64,000 nt of DNA from a virus (IMGVR_UViG_3300012153_000089:64001-128000), one strand, 5' to 3'; positions 9,312 through 19,033 are shown, numbered from the stretch's first letter. The notes: generated by a model from the letters alone, not told the origin. Made by a program: numbers and translations.

Positions 9312-10629
9312 TGGCTGCTTCCCCCTCAAATAACCTTGAAAAATAAGCAATAAGCTTATCCCGAACTCTTTTGTTACCTGTCAATATTTTTTTCTCATTT
9401 AATAAAGAAATTAATTCTGCATCTTCAAAATCTATTAGCTCTACATATCTTTCAATTTCATCTAAACTTAGCTCATTTGATTGCATATATTTTGACATTA
9501 CAATGTAGCCAATAAACATCAAGGGATGACTCATCGTGCGATTCTTACGTTGTTTGATGTCGGGTGAAAATTCATCCGGGTAATTCCCAACTAAATACGC
9601 AAAAAATTCATTCAGATATTTCGATGTTTTGATGATATCTAGCTGCCTTTGAAGATGATAAACATTATCAATAGCATATGTCATAATATCAAAAATCGTT
9701 AGTTCTCCCGCAAGATCACTAATCATACTAGCTGAAGCTATCTGTTTTCCAATTTCCGATTTTTGTTGTAGGTCAGAAACTACTTTATCTGATAATCTTT
9801 CTTGCGCTAATTCTTTTCTTCTTTCTTTCTTCAATACATTTATTGTATTTAATTGACTGAAAAATTTCTTAGCGGTTTCAAAATCGTATACTCGGATAGA
9901 TAATATTTCATTCAATTCAGCCTTTGGATTGATCTGCAAAGCAGCCACAGCCCCCTGAAGACGATGAAAGCCATCAAGTATAGAGATAACTGCGCCGTTA
10001 TTGATGGTAAACGTTTTAGATTCCGCGTGATATGTTACTGGGTCAACTTCCGTTGAATATACATTAAGAATGATCATATCTTCAAAGTATTGATTCTTAG
10101 CCATCTTTGATGTGATCCTTTTAACACTCGCCTTATTAACTATTGGAGTTTTAACTATCCCTCCAGATTTATTCTCTTTATAAACTACCCCACGTTGTGT
10201 TTCTTCGTCATAGATGATGAGTTGACTGTTGACCATTGTAACTAATTTTTGTATAGAAATTTTAGTTAAGTAGCTGTCATACTTTATTTGTATAACTTCA
10301 TCAAAAGTTAGTGGTAATGATAATTTGTCAGCATCTTCGCTAGAAAGAGCATTTTCCGAATCTCTTATTTCTCTGTCTCCAAATAAAGATTCTGGATTTA
10401 GCTTTTTATCTTTCAATAAATCATATAAACCACGAGTCAATCCAATAAGATATTGTAATTCTGTCTCTTTGATTATTTCTTCATTTTGTATTAATGACTG
10501 TGGTAAGCCAAAAGGCACATTATATTCTGCGAGACTCATATTTAACTCATACAATTTTCGTCTAGAATGCTTAACTTCCATTAATGCATCAATTATTCTT
10601 TGTTCAATTTCTTCTCTTTCAATTTTCAT
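9304..10629 (-). CDS. YopQ/SroE-like DGQHR (DndB/ParB-like) protein
   Basis: 441 aa with ILDGFHRL motif; adjacent to MrpR-like gene. Confidence 0.7.
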   Translation of the reverse strand: MKIEREEIEQRIIDALMEVKHSRRKLYELNMSLAEYNVPFGLPQSLIQNEEIIKETELQYLIGLTRGLYDLLKDKKLNPESLFGDREIRDSENALSSEDADKLSLPLTFDEVIQIKYDSYLTKISIQKLVTMVNSQLIIYDEETQRGVVYKENKSGGIVKTPIVNKASVKRITSKMAKNQYFEDMIILNVYSTEVDPVTYHAESKTFTINNGAVISILDGFHRLQGAVAALQINPKAELNEILSIRVYDFETAKKFFSQLNTINVLKKERRKELAQERLSDKVVSDLQQKSEIGKQIASASMISDLAGELTIFDIMTYAIDNVYHLQRQLDIIKTSKYLNEFFAYLVGNYPDEFSPDIKQRKNRTMSHPLMFIGYIVMSKYMQSNELSLDEIERYVELIDFEDAELISLLNEKKILTGNKRVRDKLIAYFSRLFEGEAANE

Positions 10630-10807
10630 TTTATGTAGTCACCTCTAATAAACATTATAGCACAAATAATAAAAAATAATACGTCCAAATCCATATGTGC
10701 TATGCTCTAATTTAGAATTATCCCCTCATCTCTTTTGTTTTCATATTAATTTCAATACAAATATACTACACATTAAATTCCATTGCAAAACAAAAGAAAA
10801 GCCTCAT

Positions 10808-11014
10808 TTAGAGACTTTTCCCTTGTAACCATTTATGTAAGTCTAAATTTATTTTAATTACTTTTCTCTCTTTATTATCATATATTCGATATCCATTAAA
10901 CATAAAATTATTCAATTCATGTGGCTTATCTGTTGATATGTTTGTATATTTCCAAGTCTCTACATTAGTTAATTGATCATAGTCAATTAACCTCATAAGC
11001 TGATATCTCTTCAT
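10808..11014 (-). CDS. hypothetical protein
   Basis: 68 aa, RBS-like GGAG, between mazF and YopQ-like gene. Confidence 0.55.
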   Translation of the reverse strand: MKRYQLMRLIDYDQLTNVETWKYTNISTDKPHELNNFMFNGYRIYDNKERKVIKINLDLHKWLQGKSL

Positions 11015-11087
11015 TGATTCGGGATCTCCTTATTAGTATGTAGTATTATTATGTTTTAATATAAGGGCGTCATCAAGAGGTAAAATA

Positions 11088-11459
11088 TTACAAACCAAGA
11101 GACAAGGACAATGCATTGTTAACTGCACTTTCAAGATATTTTGGTATTCTTGAAATCTTAAATGCAAGCTTATCTTTGGGTACAGTAATAACTTGTTCAA
11201 GCATAACAATACTGTCACCATATAGTCCGTTTTCATCAGCGTTTAATTTTACATGTGTAGGCATTGGTCTTTTGATTTTACTTGTTGTCAATGGCGAAAC
11301 AATTACCACTGGACTATATTTATTACCTACATCATTGCTAGTGATCAAGCACGGTCTGCTGCCACCTTGTACACTCCCTCTACTTTCGCCTAAATCAACT
11401 TCCCAAACTTCTAATCTTTTCACTACTTTATTCATTGTCTGTTCCATTGCTACCGCCAT
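11088..11459 (-). CDS. mazF: MazF/PemK endoribonuclease (no adjacent antitoxin gene)
   Basis: EVWEVDLG..RGSVQGGSRPCLITSNDVGNKYSPVVIVSPLTT...PTHV...IVMLEQVITV; RBS AAGGAG points to ATG 11459. Confidence 0.9.
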   Translation of the reverse strand: MAVAMEQTMNKVVKRLEVWEVDLGESRGSVQGGSRPCLITSNDVGNKYSPVVIVSPLTTSKIKRPMPTHVKLNADENGLYGDSIVMLEQVITVPKDKLAFKISRIPKYLESAVNNALSLSLGL

Positions 11460-11556
11460 CAATCCCACTCCTTATTGCATCTCGTATTTTGGGTTTGTTT
11501 AGTAATCTATATATACCACAATCTATATGTACTTAATTTCTAAATGTTATATTATC

Positions 11557-11585
11557 ATTATAAAGTCGAAACAGGCATCTGTCAA
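11557..11585 (-). promoter_or_regulatory. consensus sigA promoter TTGACA-N17-TATAAT upstream of mazF
   Basis: -35 11585-11580, -10 11562-11557. Confidence 0.85.
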
Positions 11586-11610
11586 TATGGAACACCGATT
11601 TGTCAAGACA

Positions 11611-11628
11611 ATTTGGTAGCCGACTAAA
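11611..11628. promoter_or_regulatory. 18-bp operator (second copy) between divergent mazF and rsfA
   Basis: Exact repeat of 6228-6245; imperfect palindrome. Confidence 0.65.
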
Positions 11629-11715
11629 ATTTTGCTGGTTAACGTGAATATACTATTGACAATTAGGATATATATGGTATTAAGACTAATCTAATCAAAT
11701 TCGAGGTGCATAAAT

Positions 11716-12204
11716 ATGAAAAGAAGTGATAGTTGGAGTTTACAGGATGACAATCTTTTAACACAAACCGTATTATTGTATATAGAGTCTGGTAAAACAC
11801 AGCTACAAGCATTTGATGATACTGGAAATTATCTCGGACGAACTCCCGCTGCTTGTGGCTTCAGATGGAACTCTTTTCTTAGACATAAATTCAAGAAGGA
11901 AATTTACGAGGCAAAAATTAATAAAACCAAAAATAAGTCTTCTAAATCAAGTAGTAATATCCAATCCCAAGCGAATATCGATGGTATTATAGAATATCTC
12001 CACACACTTAAACAGGATCTAATTTTGTCTGAAGCTCAGATACGGCTCATCAAGGTGAAGATACAGGATGTATCATCAGAAATTGATTCTAGGCGCTCTG
12101 AGATGTCTCTAGATGCGAGTCAAAATAGAGACGCTCTTGCAGTCCTAATAGCTAAAGCATCAGAACTAGGATTATTTGAACACAACAAAAAACCCGCCAT
12201 TTAA
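11716..12204 (+). CDS. rsfA: RsfA-family transcriptional regulator
   Basis: RSDSWSLQDDNLL...GKTQLQAF...LGRTPAACGFRWNS signature plus coiled coil. Confidence 0.85.
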   Translation: MKRSDSWSLQDDNLLTQTVLLYIESGKTQLQAFDDTGNYLGRTPAACGFRWNSFLRHKFKKEIYEAKINKTKNKSSKSSSNIQSQANIDGIIEYLHTLKQDLILSEAQIRLIKVKIQDVSSEIDSRRSEMSLDASQNRDALAVLIAKASELGLFEHNKKPAI

Positions 12205-12216
12205 TTGGTGGGTTTT
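12188..12216. terminator. bidirectional intrinsic terminator
   Basis: AAAACCCGCCA / TGGTGGGTTTT between convergent genes. Confidence 0.75.
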
Positions 12217-12248
12217 ATTATTTACTGTCTCTATGTGAAATCTACATT

Positions 12249-12554
12249 TTACCTAACTTGAGCCAGCGGAATTCCATTGTTGCTGAAAAATGAATTTAAG
12301 TCTTCTACAATTTCTCCAATTTGGTCATCGCTTGCAATCTTACCCTGTAAATAAGAATGCTTTTCAACCACATCTCGAATTTGACTTTGACGATCTTGAG
12401 AGGAGTTGTTGAAATAAGGGGACAACGCGGCAACTAATGCTGAGAATGCGCCGCCTTCCAATTTTATTGACCCCGCACTATCAACAATCATAGCTCCAGT
12501 ACTATATCCGCCTAGTGCTTGTCTTACTAGATTCTCTAATCTGTAATCATTCAT
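12249..12554 (-). CDS. hypothetical protein
   Basis: RBS GGAGG; stop lies inside an 18-bp junction palindrome. Confidence 0.6.
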   Translation of the reverse strand: MNDYRLENLVRQALGGYSTGAMIVDSAGSIKLEGGAFSALVAALSPYFNNSSQDRQSQIRDVVEKHSYLQGKIASDDQIGEIVEDLNSFFSNNGIPLAQVR

Positions 12555-12631
12555 TGAATAACCTCCATATGTAATTTTATATTGGTTCTGCTTTAATTAT
12601 ATATTATACTTATCTGTTATCAAGTTTATAA

Positions 12632-12814
12632 TTACTTATACATAAACCCGACGTTACTAGCGCCTTCTCCTAAAATTTTATCACACAGCCTTTGCACCAG
12701 TAATCTCTCCTCATCAGAGTATTCTTCTCCATTTGTAACACAGGCATCAAAAAGATCTTCCATTAATTTAAATCCTTCAATATCCTTCTCAGACAGATAC
12801 ACTTGTTTACCCAT
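12632..12814 (-). CDS. hypothetical protein
   Basis: RBS GGGGGA. Confidence 0.55.
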   Translation of the reverse strand: MGKQVYLSEKDIEGFKLMEDLFDACVTNGEEYSDEERLLVQRLCDKILGEGASNVGFMYK

Positions 12815-12847
12815 AATTATCCCCCTTTTGTATTCTTGGTTTTGGAC

Positions 12848-13039
12848 TTATTTTGAAGCAGCTACTGGAGATAAGAAGGGCATCCCCTTGATATACTTAA
12901 CCTTATAATCGACCAAAACATAACCACCTGTCCTCATTAACCCTACAGTCTTTTTTAATTGAACATGCTGTTCCCCATTTTTATAGTATATCTCTCCACC
13001 ATTAAACCAGACGAAAATCCTTAAAAGTAATTTTGTCAT
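12848..13039 (-). CDS. hypothetical protein
   Basis: RBS AAGGGG. Confidence 0.55.
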   Translation of the reverse strand: MTKLLLRIFVWFNGGEIYYKNGEQHVQLKKTVGLMRTGGYVLVDYKVKYIKGMPFLSPVAASK

Positions 13040-13085
13040 GAGACACGCCCCTTATTTTGTATGTAAAACTTGCATTTTATTTATT

Positions 13086-13694
13086 TTAAAAACCTTGACT
13101 GTACTCGTCATGCATTATATCTGCATAGTGCTCATACATTTCGTCTTGATAGTCCTCAGCAGAGTACTCAAATCTGGCTTTATCTAGCAACTCCTCGATA
13201 TTTTCTACATGTTGTCCTAAGAAGCTAACAGCCTCCTCATAGAACCCTTTGAGATTTCTAATAGTTAAATTAACCTCATCTTGAGACAATTCTAATTCAA
13301 AATGCATAAGTTTGTTTCTCGTTTTATTAAAATCATCAATGGCTCCCTTAAGTATATCTGGAATAGTTAAATCACAAAGTAGTTCCAACCGTTTAACACC
13401 CTCTATTAACGAAACAGTCTTTAAATCATGTCCAACCTCAAATACATTTTGTTTGCCTTGCTTGATCATCTGGTTTTTAGCTGCCATGTATTTTCCAATG
13501 TCGCTAAAAATTAAGTACTCCCTTTCGTTTTTAAGAATCATTTTAAATAATATCTCAATTGCATGATTCAATGAGAGGATTGCGTCTTTTAAGTTATGTT
13601 CAACGCCCTCATGTAGTCCCGCTTCAAGTTTTTCAATACATGTATAGGCTTGCTTTAGAGAGTCGATTCCATTCTCCAATAAACCATATTTCAT
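13086..13694 (-). CDS. HEPN-like protein
   Basis: All-helical with RNKLMH (R-x4-H) near C-terminus; start at MKYG after GGGGG RBS. Confidence 0.5.
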   Translation of the reverse strand: MKYGLLENGIDSLKQAYTCIEKLEAGLHEGVEHNLKDAILSLNHAIEILFKMILKNEREYLIFSDIGKYMAAKNQMIKQGKQNVFEVGHDLKTVSLIEGVKRLELLCDLTIPDILKGAIDDFNKTRNKLMHFELELSQDEVNLTIRNLKGFYEEAVSFLGQHVENIEELLDKARFEYSAEDYQDEMYEHYADIMHDEYSQGF

Positions 13695-13720
13695 TTGAGT
13701 ACCCCCGTCCATTATAAATG

Positions 13721-14092
13721 CTACTCACCAGAATACTTATTCACCGTTATCGGATAATGGTATATCTCAATATCCTCTTCTATGAATCCTCTCCGCTGAG
13801 CTGCCAACAAAGTCTCATACATGTTCTGTCTTCCTACAGGATTGTCAGTATGTATGTAGATCTTATCAGCCTTAAGTCCATGTTCACAGAAATACTTCAC
13901 TAAGTCATATCCATTGGGCAACTCTTTCCCATCTACATCCTCACCAAGATCGTGGTCTAATGTAAGAATAGCCACCTCTTTGGTCTCAAGAATATGTATA
14001 GCTTCATAGTATGTACGAGCGACCACAAAGCCTTCTGGACAGTCTCTGAGGTCGTCTACGTAAAGGTTTATCTTATCTGTCATGGTCGCCAT
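13721..14092 (-). CDS. cyclic-phosphate-processing receiver-like domain protein
   Basis: LYVDDLRDCP...LDHDLG...GYDLVKY...IHTDNPVGRQNM signature. Confidence 0.8.
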   Translation of the reverse strand: MATMTDKINLYVDDLRDCPEGFVVARTYYEAIHILETKEVAILTLDHDLGEDVDGKELPNGYDLVKYFCEHGLKADKIYIHTDNPVGRQNMYETLLAAQRRGFIEEDIEIYHYPITVNKYSGE

Positions 14093-14142
14093 CCTCCCCC
14101 GTGAAACACATCTTTCATTGATTCTTGCTGGATATAGAAATG

Positions 14143-14451
14143 CTAATAATTTGTGTATGCGGCTTCTACAAGAATCGCAACAAGTTGATATAGACGATAA
14201 TCATTAAACTCACTTTCGTTATCATAGATAGCGGCGACTTTGTCTGATAATTCGTCGATATTTAGTTCCTTATCGCTTGTTAACGTGATGGATTTCTCCA
14301 GATTCTCATCTTCTCCTGTGTATACTTGATAAAATACTTTATAGATGTATTTGGCACTTTTAGTGTATCTGCTTTTTAACTCATTAGGTAATTCTTTATG
14401 CATTATCTTTGAATTGTTCTCCTGAGACTTATAGTACACAGCATACTCCAT
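14143..14451 (-). CDS. hypothetical protein
   Basis: Lies between palindromes at 14101 and 14475. Confidence 0.55.
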   Translation of the reverse strand: MEYAVYYKSQENNSKIMHKELPNELKSRYTKSAKYIYKVFYQVYTGEDENLEKSITLTSDKELNIDELSDKVAAIYDNESEFNDYRLYQLVAILVEAAYTNY

Positions 14452-14491
14452 TCATTTGCCTCACTCTCAAGATAGTAAAATAGCCATTTGA

Positions 14492-15010
14492 TTAAGACTC
14501 AGCAGCCAATAATCCAGCAACTCGATCTAACTCATCTTGACTGTGAACAGTGCCTCCACTATTCATCTGTAAATACCATTCAAGCACTTCTTTACGAGTT
14601 TGAAGGTTATTAACATGAAAACTCAAGCGTACCATCATTGGAATCTTATCTTCAAAGTCTTTATAAAAGTGACCAAATGCTTTAATTTGATTTCTAAGGA
14701 ACCCAAGACATGCTGTAAGACGTTGTAAACCATCAACGCATACAAACCAGCCATCTCCTTTTCCCTCTGTTCCTTGCCATTTAGTATGATTAAAGTAAAT
14801 ATCTAAACCAGACACTCCTTCGCGTAACAAGTGCTCTATATAAAGTTCCTGTTGGCCCAAATTCCAAACGTATCCGCGTTGAAAGTCTGGAATTAATTCC
14901 AATCCCATTTCTTCAATATATTCGTCAAGTGTACTCTCCAAATATCTTAAAGACACGTCTACTGAATAATTGTTGCACTGTATGTATGGCTTAATCTCTT
15001 TAAATTTCAC
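14492..15010 (-). CDS. DUF262 / ParB-like domain protein
   Basis: IPDFQRGYVW...VDGLQRLTA motifs. Confidence 0.75.
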   Translation of the reverse strand: MKFKEIKPYIQCNNYSVDVSLRYLESTLDEYIEEMGLELIPDFQRGYVWNLGQQELYIEHLLREGVSGLDIYFNHTKWQGTEGKGDGWFVCVDGLQRLTACLGFLRNQIKAFGHFYKDFEDKIPMMVRLSFHVNNLQTRKEVLEWYLQMNSGGTVHSQDELDRVAGLLAAES

Positions 15011-15037
15011 ATTTAGTCTCCTCTCTAGATAAAACAG

Positions 15038-15331
15038 TCATTTGATCATGTCTTGTCTTGAATTGATGATTCGATGTATCTCGGTTAATACCATAGCATT
15101 ATTAGGGTTATTAGATGTCTTACTTAGTAGTGTATCTAAATAATCCGTTGGTAAATCTGTTAGAGACACACTCTCTGACGATTTACTGATCAGTGAATAC
15201 CTATCGCTTTGAGCCAACAGTTCCTCTATTTCTTCAAATTCATCCATAGACATACCGTATTTTATTAAAACCTCATTTGTATGCTTATCATTTATAATGT
15301 ATCTTTCTAGACTAAACATCATTTCAGACAT
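15038..15331 (-). CDS. hypothetical protein
   Basis: Lies between palindromes at 15029 and 15353. Confidence 0.55.
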   Translation of the reverse strand: MSEMMFSLERYIINDKHTNEVLIKYGMSMDEFEEIEELLAQSDRYSLISKSSESVSLTDLPTDYLDTLLSKTSNNPNNAMVLTEIHRIINSRQDMIK

Positions 15332-15387
15332 TCTAAAACACCTCTCCTCCTAATGAAATAGTTATTTTAAAAACTCTAGACAACTAC

Positions 15388-15561
15388 CTATTGTATCCCC
15401 ATCAAGCCTACACTTAATAAAACGAAGCCCACACCGCAAAGAATTACATCCTTTGCCATGTAACTATAAAATCTACCAAAGAAACTAATAAAGAAGGAGA
15501 TTAAGTTGAATCCAAACACTACTAACCCCATCATGCACAGACCAATGAATAGAAAGTCCAT
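15388..15561 (-). CDS. small 2-TM membrane protein (57 aa), below ORF-track cutoff
   Basis: RBS GAGGTGAG; MDFLFIGLCMMGLVVFGFNLISFFISFFGRFYSYMAKDVILCGVGFVLLSVGLMGIQ. Confidence 0.6.
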   Translation of the reverse strand: MDFLFIGLCMMGLVVFGFNLISFFISFFGRFYSYMAKDVILCGVGFVLLSVGLMGIQ

Positions 15562-15660
15562 TTACTCACCTCAATAACCTTATGAAATAAACCTTTCACA
15601 ATCATATGTATGTTGCTACTATATATCTATCCTAATTATATAGTAGCAACAGTTTATAAA

Positions 15661-15996
15661 CTACTCAGACTTGTTGATAAGTGATTCAAGCTTTCTAAAC
15701 ATCGCATTGGGGATACTCACTTGTTTTCCTTGTTCGAATTCAATCGTCATGTCTTCTTCATTAATTCTTCTAACTTTAGAGGGATTGATACATAATGCGT
15801 GATCTGACTTCACAATTAAATTGTGTTTGCGTAAATGCTCTAGTAATTCAGTACTGCTTGCCGTTCTGTATTTTTTATTTTTGTCTTCCAAATGAACTCT
15901 TACAACATTTGATTCAGTTCTGTTTAGATAGGATATATCAGATACACTTACGGTTGCCACTTCTTCAGTTTCGATATCAAATACAGGAATCATCAT
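15661..15996 (-). CDS. second stand-alone LytTR-domain protein
   Basis: VSVSDISYL...VRVHL...KSDHALCINPSKVRRI...IEFEQG. Confidence 0.65.
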   Translation of the reverse strand: MMIPVFDIETEEVATVSVSDISYLNRTESNVVRVHLEDKNKKYRTASSTELLEHLRKHNLIVKSDHALCINPSKVRRINEEDMTIEFEQGKQVSIPNAMFRKLESLINKSE

Positions 15997-16078
15997 ATTT
16001 GTTCACCTCATAGGTTTTATGTAGTCTTTGCCATCATAATGTTACTGTTCTTGTGCGCTGTTTCTCTAACCTGTAATA

Positions 16079-16119
16079 ATTTTAACATAAAACAAGTTTA
16101 ATGTACAGTGTTATTTTAT
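16079..16119 (-). promoter_or_regulatory. early promoter with 13-bp operator
   Basis: ATAAAATAACACT overlapping -35 TGTACA, N17, TAAAAT. Confidence 0.6.
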
Positions 16120-16268
16120 AATAAAAAAAGACGAGAGTTTATTCCCTCGTCTTAATACTTACTCCGTCCATATCTTTGCTATACAATTCAGCAGCTAATT
16201 TCAATGTTATCCATTGACCACTATGCTCCTGAACCCACATAGCACCATCTGAAAGTCGTTTCCCGCGC

Positions 16269-16451
16269 TTATACATTATAGTAATAAGCCTCCCCTGTGT
16301 GAGCTATACGAACGTCTACTGCTTGCTTAAATTGCGCACTGAGTGTATAGACTCGATCAATGAGTATGTATGCAATTGTATCTTTGCAACGACCCTGTTC
16401 TTCAACTGTTTCAATTACCTCGTTGTTAACAATGATATTATAAGAATTCAT
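16269..16451 (-). CDS. hypothetical protein
   Basis: RBS GGAG. Confidence 0.5.
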   Translation of the reverse strand: MNSYNIIVNNEVIETVEEQGRCKDTIAYILIDRVYTLSAQFKQAVDVRIAHTGEAYYYNV

Positions 16452-16678
16452 GATATTATCTCCATTCTGTTATTTTATTATTTTATTATTTTATAAATCA
16501 AGTGAAAGACTTATTTCATTAGCTTACTCATAATTTTATTTGACTTCTTTATGGCAGCATTCATTTTTTCTGTTTGTTTTTTGCTGGGAACACAGCTACC
16601 TTTTCCACACCAAGGGGTCTTAATTGAAGGGTTACACTGGCACATTAATTAAACACAGCTCCTTTTAAAATACTTCAT

Positions 16679-16987
16679 TTACTCAAACCTCATACTTTTC
16701 AATAAATGTTCATTAATTATTATTATTTTATCTTTTATAAATGAATCAAGTGCCTCTAACACTTGTAAGAATCCCCCATCGTTTACAAACTCCTCTTCAA
16801 GCAGCGTCACACTCCATGTGTCAAATGTCTCTGGAAAGTCAGCTTTTAAACAATACTGAAAGCCTGTCCTGTGATAAGGCTCTATTAGTTGAATATATAA
16901 ATCCCTACTCTTCAAAACGGTTACACCATGCCTTGACCAATCCTCTACCATGTCGTACTTGAATGATAAGATTTTAAGGTAGTCCAT
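16679..16987 (-). CDS. hypothetical protein
   Basis: RBS GGAGGG, after palindrome 17008. Confidence 0.55.
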   Translation of the reverse strand: MDYLKILSFKYDMVEDWSRHGVTVLKSRDLYIQLIEPYHRTGFQYCLKADFPETFDTWSVTLLEEEFVNDGGFLQVLEALDSFIKDKIIIINEHLLKSMRFE

Positions 16988-17029
16988 TCCTTCCCTCCCC
17001 TATTAAGATGAAAGAATCCTTTCATATAA

Positions 17030-17233
17030 TTAATCATTCCAAGCATGTATTTTAACTGTTCCACACTTTGGACAAGCAAATAATTGATGATGTTCTGGAT
17101 CATCCCACATATCGCCTCCAGACAATATTGAAACTTGATTACTTAATCTCAACTGAATGAAGTCCTCATCTTCTTTGTATCCGTCTTCCCATGAACTTAG
17201 TTCATAGATGTGTCCACATGCTCCACATTTCAC
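17030..17233 (-). CDS. small zinc-ribbon protein
   Basis: CGACG...CPKCG. Confidence 0.6.
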   Translation of the reverse strand: MKCGACGHIYELSSWEDGYKEDEDFIQLRLSNQVSILSGGDMWDDPEHHQLFACPKCGTVKIHAWND

Positions 17234-17278
17234 GTTAAATCATCTCCTCAAAAAACAGATATTGTTGAGTTAATAAAG

Positions 17279-17527
17279 TTACCGAAAATCATCCATCAAA
17301 GAATTCGCCTTATCAATAACCTCCATGTAAGTTTCAAGTCTATTATTAAAAACTATTTTTTCTACATTCATTAAATTATTATCATCAATAAATGATTCGA
17401 TTTCTTCTATCTTTAATTTACAATAATCGATTATCGCTTCAAGTTCTTTTGACATTCTGCATATCTCCTTAATTAATTTCTGGTGCGACACCACTCTCAT
17501 TGCAGTAATCGATGTATGTCGCCTCAA
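17279..17527 (-). CDS. hypothetical protein
   Basis: Co-oriented ORF. Confidence 0.45.
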   Translation of the reverse strand: MRRHTSITAMRVVSHQKLIKEICRMSKELEAIIDYCKLKIEEIESFIDDNNLMNVEKIVFNNRLETYMEVIDKANSLMDDFR

Positions 17528-17882
17528 GATTCCTTACATATTTGTTTCCGTGTATGTAAATCAGTTGGAGAGGAGAATAACCATAGTTTCTTTCAATCCA
17601 TTTTGTAAAAGTCATTTTAATAATCGCTCCATCCTGCGTTTTAATGAAATAATCTATTTATTCATCCCATACAGTTCTAGGTCTTATAAAGTGATGATGT
17701 ATTTCGTTATCTATAATTTCTTTTCTTACACATTTAATTTTCTCTACACTATTTAAGGTAATGATTTCACCTACTTCATACTCCCATTGCCCATTTGTCT
17801 CTTTTTTTCCCATCGATTTGAATCCATTTATTCCATTTGTCCACAGAACATCACTCCTTTTCTACGTAAAATATTCATTTCA

Positions 17883-18473
17883 TTATCTATGCTTATAGTT
17901 AGTTGAAAACATATCTTTTCTCAGTTTAGCCATCTTACCATTGCTTCGATTAAGGAATACTACTCCTTCTGCCTCAACATCTGGATTTAGTAGTGACTTG
18001 AGACTAAGAATCCATTCTTTCCACATATCATAATCGTCTGTTTGTGGAAAATCCTTATAAACACTTACTCCATCCTTATGAGGTTCAAACGTATACCACA
18101 TATTTCGATCTAAGCCATATTTATTTCCTTGAATATTCACGCCAATAGCCTCTCCATAATATTCACCATCTTTAAATTTCTTTGATCTCTTAGAAACTCG
18201 ATTAACAACAGCTTCGTTGATGTATTTATATTGAGGATCGTTAAGTTCAGTCTTCACATAACCCTTATGTTTTTGATTTCTTGCATAGATTTCAAGCTTA
18301 ACTCCATCAACAATAATTTTCACATTCGTTCCATCTATCTTCTCAAGAACAATTGCCTGTGCTGGATCAAAGCACCATTCCCAACCGCTTGCTACTTCTG
18401 TTGTACATAGACCAGTCTCCATATCACGGATAAATGGAGGAAACATTTTTTCGAATTCTAGATACTTAGTCAC
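17883..18473 (-). CDS. RNA ligase-like nucleotidyltransferase
   Basis: Motif I EKIDGTN, GEAIG, motif IV EGVVF, motif V AKLR. Confidence 0.75.
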   Translation of the reverse strand: MTKYLEFEKMFPPFIRDMETGLCTTEVASGWEWCFDPAQAIVLEKIDGTNVKIIVDGVKLEIYARNQKHKGYVKTELNDPQYKYINEAVVNRVSKRSKKFKDGEYYGEAIGVNIQGNKYGLDRNMWYTFEPHKDGVSVYKDFPQTDDYDMWKEWILSLKSLLNPDVEAEGVVFLNRSNGKMAKLRKDMFSTNYKHR

Positions 18474-18537
18474 TAGTTCAATATTTTCACGATTAATAAT
18501 TTATTTCTCCTCTAGTTAATTTATTTGGGTGAAAGGA

Positions 18538-18777
18538 TCATTTTACACTAACCAACTCATCAATTTTTGCTTTTGCTGCTTCACTAGCTTCTTCTTTGGT
18601 ATCAAAAAATGTTTTATTTCCATGCCATTCTGAATCATATAGATGTGAACCGTCTTTGTATAACTTAAATTTCCATTTGGAATTATTCCGTTCAGATAAA
18701 TTAATCTCAACATTATGCTTTTTGTATTTACCTTTATAACCACTCCATTGCTTTTCTGTCAATTTCACCTTGTTCAA
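18538..18777 (-). CDS. hypothetical protein
   Basis: Lies between palindromes at 18529 and 18784. Confidence 0.55.
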   Translation of the reverse strand: MNKVKLTEKQWSGYKGKYKKHNVEINLSERNNSKWKFKLYKDGSHLYDSEWHGNKTFFDTKEEASEAAKAKIDELVSVK

Positions 18778-18992
18778 CTCCTTATGAAATTATAGTTTCA
18801 TTTAAACAGTACTGGGCATAAGTAATGTTGGAGGGATGACAATCACATCCCCATCTTGTTTACATAATTCCTTAAACATATCTCGCTGTTCTTCAGTTGG
18901 AAATCCATATGTATTCTCTGTAACTATACCAAAAAAATTTTCAACGACAACCACTTGATACATCGTGATCACCTCTTCTATTTGATAATCTT

Positions 18993-19033
18993 ATTATATC
19001 CGTTAATTATAAATTTGTATAGTGTTATTTTAT
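18993..19033 (-). promoter_or_regulatory. early promoter with 13-bp operator
   Basis: ATAAAATAACACT, -35 TATACA, N17, TATAAT. Confidence 0.65.

Noticed and set aside
8274-9350. Prophage integrase
   Set aside because: Int-like fold but the catalytic Arg and HxxR motifs are degenerate; context matches the MrpR repressor. Same for 21638-22642.
11470-11560. MazE antitoxin upstream of mazF
   Set aside because: Only about 90 nt between promoter and RBS; no ORF.
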